Shown piece by piece: positions 4,589-5,119 of a DNA stretch of 5,119 nt. Location of the stretch: positions 1-5,119 of the forward strand of contig CAZQEL010000035.1 of the NCBI GenBank assembly GCA_964591795.1, given 5' to 3'. This stretch comes from an uncultured archaeon. Lineage in GTDB: Archaea > Iainarchaeota > Iainarchaeia > Iainarchaeales > CSSED10-239. The notes beneath the pieces were generated by a model that saw only the letters and a list, made by a program, of their open reading frames with translations, had not been told where the DNA came from and did no database searches. Position 1 is the first letter of the stretch; each line of letters begins with the position of its first letter. Made by a program: the position numbers and the translations under genes.

Positions 4589-5119
4589 ATGATAACTTTA
4601 AAAAATTCTTTTCTTTTTAAAAAATCCTTAGAAGCTATTTCAGGCCTAATACAGGAAACAAATGTACGATTTAAACAAGATGGTATATATATTAGAGCTG
4701 TAGATAAAACTCAGATTCTTTTATTGGATTTTTCTTTTCCAAAAGCATCTTTTGATAATTATGTGGTTGATCCTAGTTTAGTTGGTATAAATATTCAAGA
4801 ATTTTATAATATTGTTTCACGTGCCTTTGATTCTGATAAATTAAAAATCGAACTTAAAAATACTTCTTTGGAGATTAATCTTTTAGGTCAAATGGAAAGA
4901 AAATTTAATATTAGTTATATTGATATTTCTGATAACGAACTTAATATTCCAGATATTAAATATATTTCAGAAATTACAGTTAATGCTTATTTTTTAAAAG
5001 AAATTTTAAAAGATGTTAGTTTAATAGGTACTACTGTGACATTTAAAATTAAAGATGGTAAATTTATTGTTGAATGTGATGGTGATAAGGGAAAAATAGA
5101 AACAAATCTTTTAAAAGCT
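4589..5119 (+). CDS. pcn: PCNA (DNA polymerase sliding clamp), N-terminal 177 codons. The gene continues past the window end.
   Basis: I translated this by hand from ATG 4589. The frame stays open to the last base: MITLKNSFLFKKSLEAISGLIQETNVRFKQDGIYIRAVDKTQILLLDFSFPKASFDNYVVDPSLVGINIQEFYNIVSRAFDSDKLKIELKNTSLEINLLGQMERKFNISYIDISDNELNIPDIKYISEITVNAYFLKEILKDVSLIGTTVTFKIKDGKFIVECDGDKGKIETNLLKA. It matches the archaeal PCNA pattern (F-K..I.AIS.LI.E..F....DGI..RA.D...I.L.D...P...F..Y.V). The upstream ATG at 4577 is followed immediately by TGA. The ORF is not in the supplied track, presumably because it has no stop in the window. Confidence 0.92.
   Translation, partial: MITLKNSFLFKKSLEAISGLIQETNVRFKQDGIYIRAVDKTQILLLDFSFPKASFDNYVVDPSLVGINIQEFYNIVSRAFDSDKLKIELKNTSLEINLLGQMERKFNISYIDISDNELNIPDIKYISEITVNAYFLKEILKDVSLIGTTVTFKIKDGKFIVECDGDKGKIETNLLKA

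Noticed and set aside
1-5119. Screen for CRISPR repeats, transposase/integrase genes, tRNA/rRNA genes and toxin-antitoxin or defence-type gene pairs
   Set aside because: There are no regularly spaced direct repeats, no recombinase-like ORFs and no GC-rich intergenic islands. Apart from the 112-bp intergenic region, nearly all of the window is covered by the six genes described.

Overview
The window is a very AT-rich (by eye about three-quarters A+T), tightly packed stretch of archaeal chromosome. It is most consistent with a reduced-genome, DPANN-like archaeon, but that lineage call is inference only. I can support six protein-coding genes and found no rRNA/tRNA/ncRNA genes, CRISPR arrays or mobile elements. 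On the + strand, the 3' end of an ORF cut by the window edge (2-205) overlaps by 20 nt a 167-aa exported or membrane-anchored, Cys-containing protein (186-689). On the - strand there is a tri-cistronic unit with only 2-3 nt between cistrons: replication factor C large subunit (3199-4476), then a lysine-rich 237-aa orphan (2482-3195), then the ABCE1/Rli1 ribosome-recycling ATPase (692-2479). Across a 112-bp AT-rich intergenic region (4477-4588), divergent from RFC-L, lie the first 177 codons of the sliding clamp PCNA (4589-5119). PCNA runs off the window and is missing from the supplied ORF track. The most interesting item is the orphan, which carries an H-x-H-x10-S-x2-D motif with a JAMM/MPN-like sequence context; this is an unverified hypothesis. 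Secondary observations are the back-to-back TATA-like elements plus an inverted repeat between clamp and clamp-loader genes, an RFC-L with no C-terminal PIP box, convergent stop codons 2 nt apart, and a possible paralogue trace between the two exported-protein genes. Otherwise this looks like a housekeeping region, and I see no evidence of a defence island or mobile insertion.
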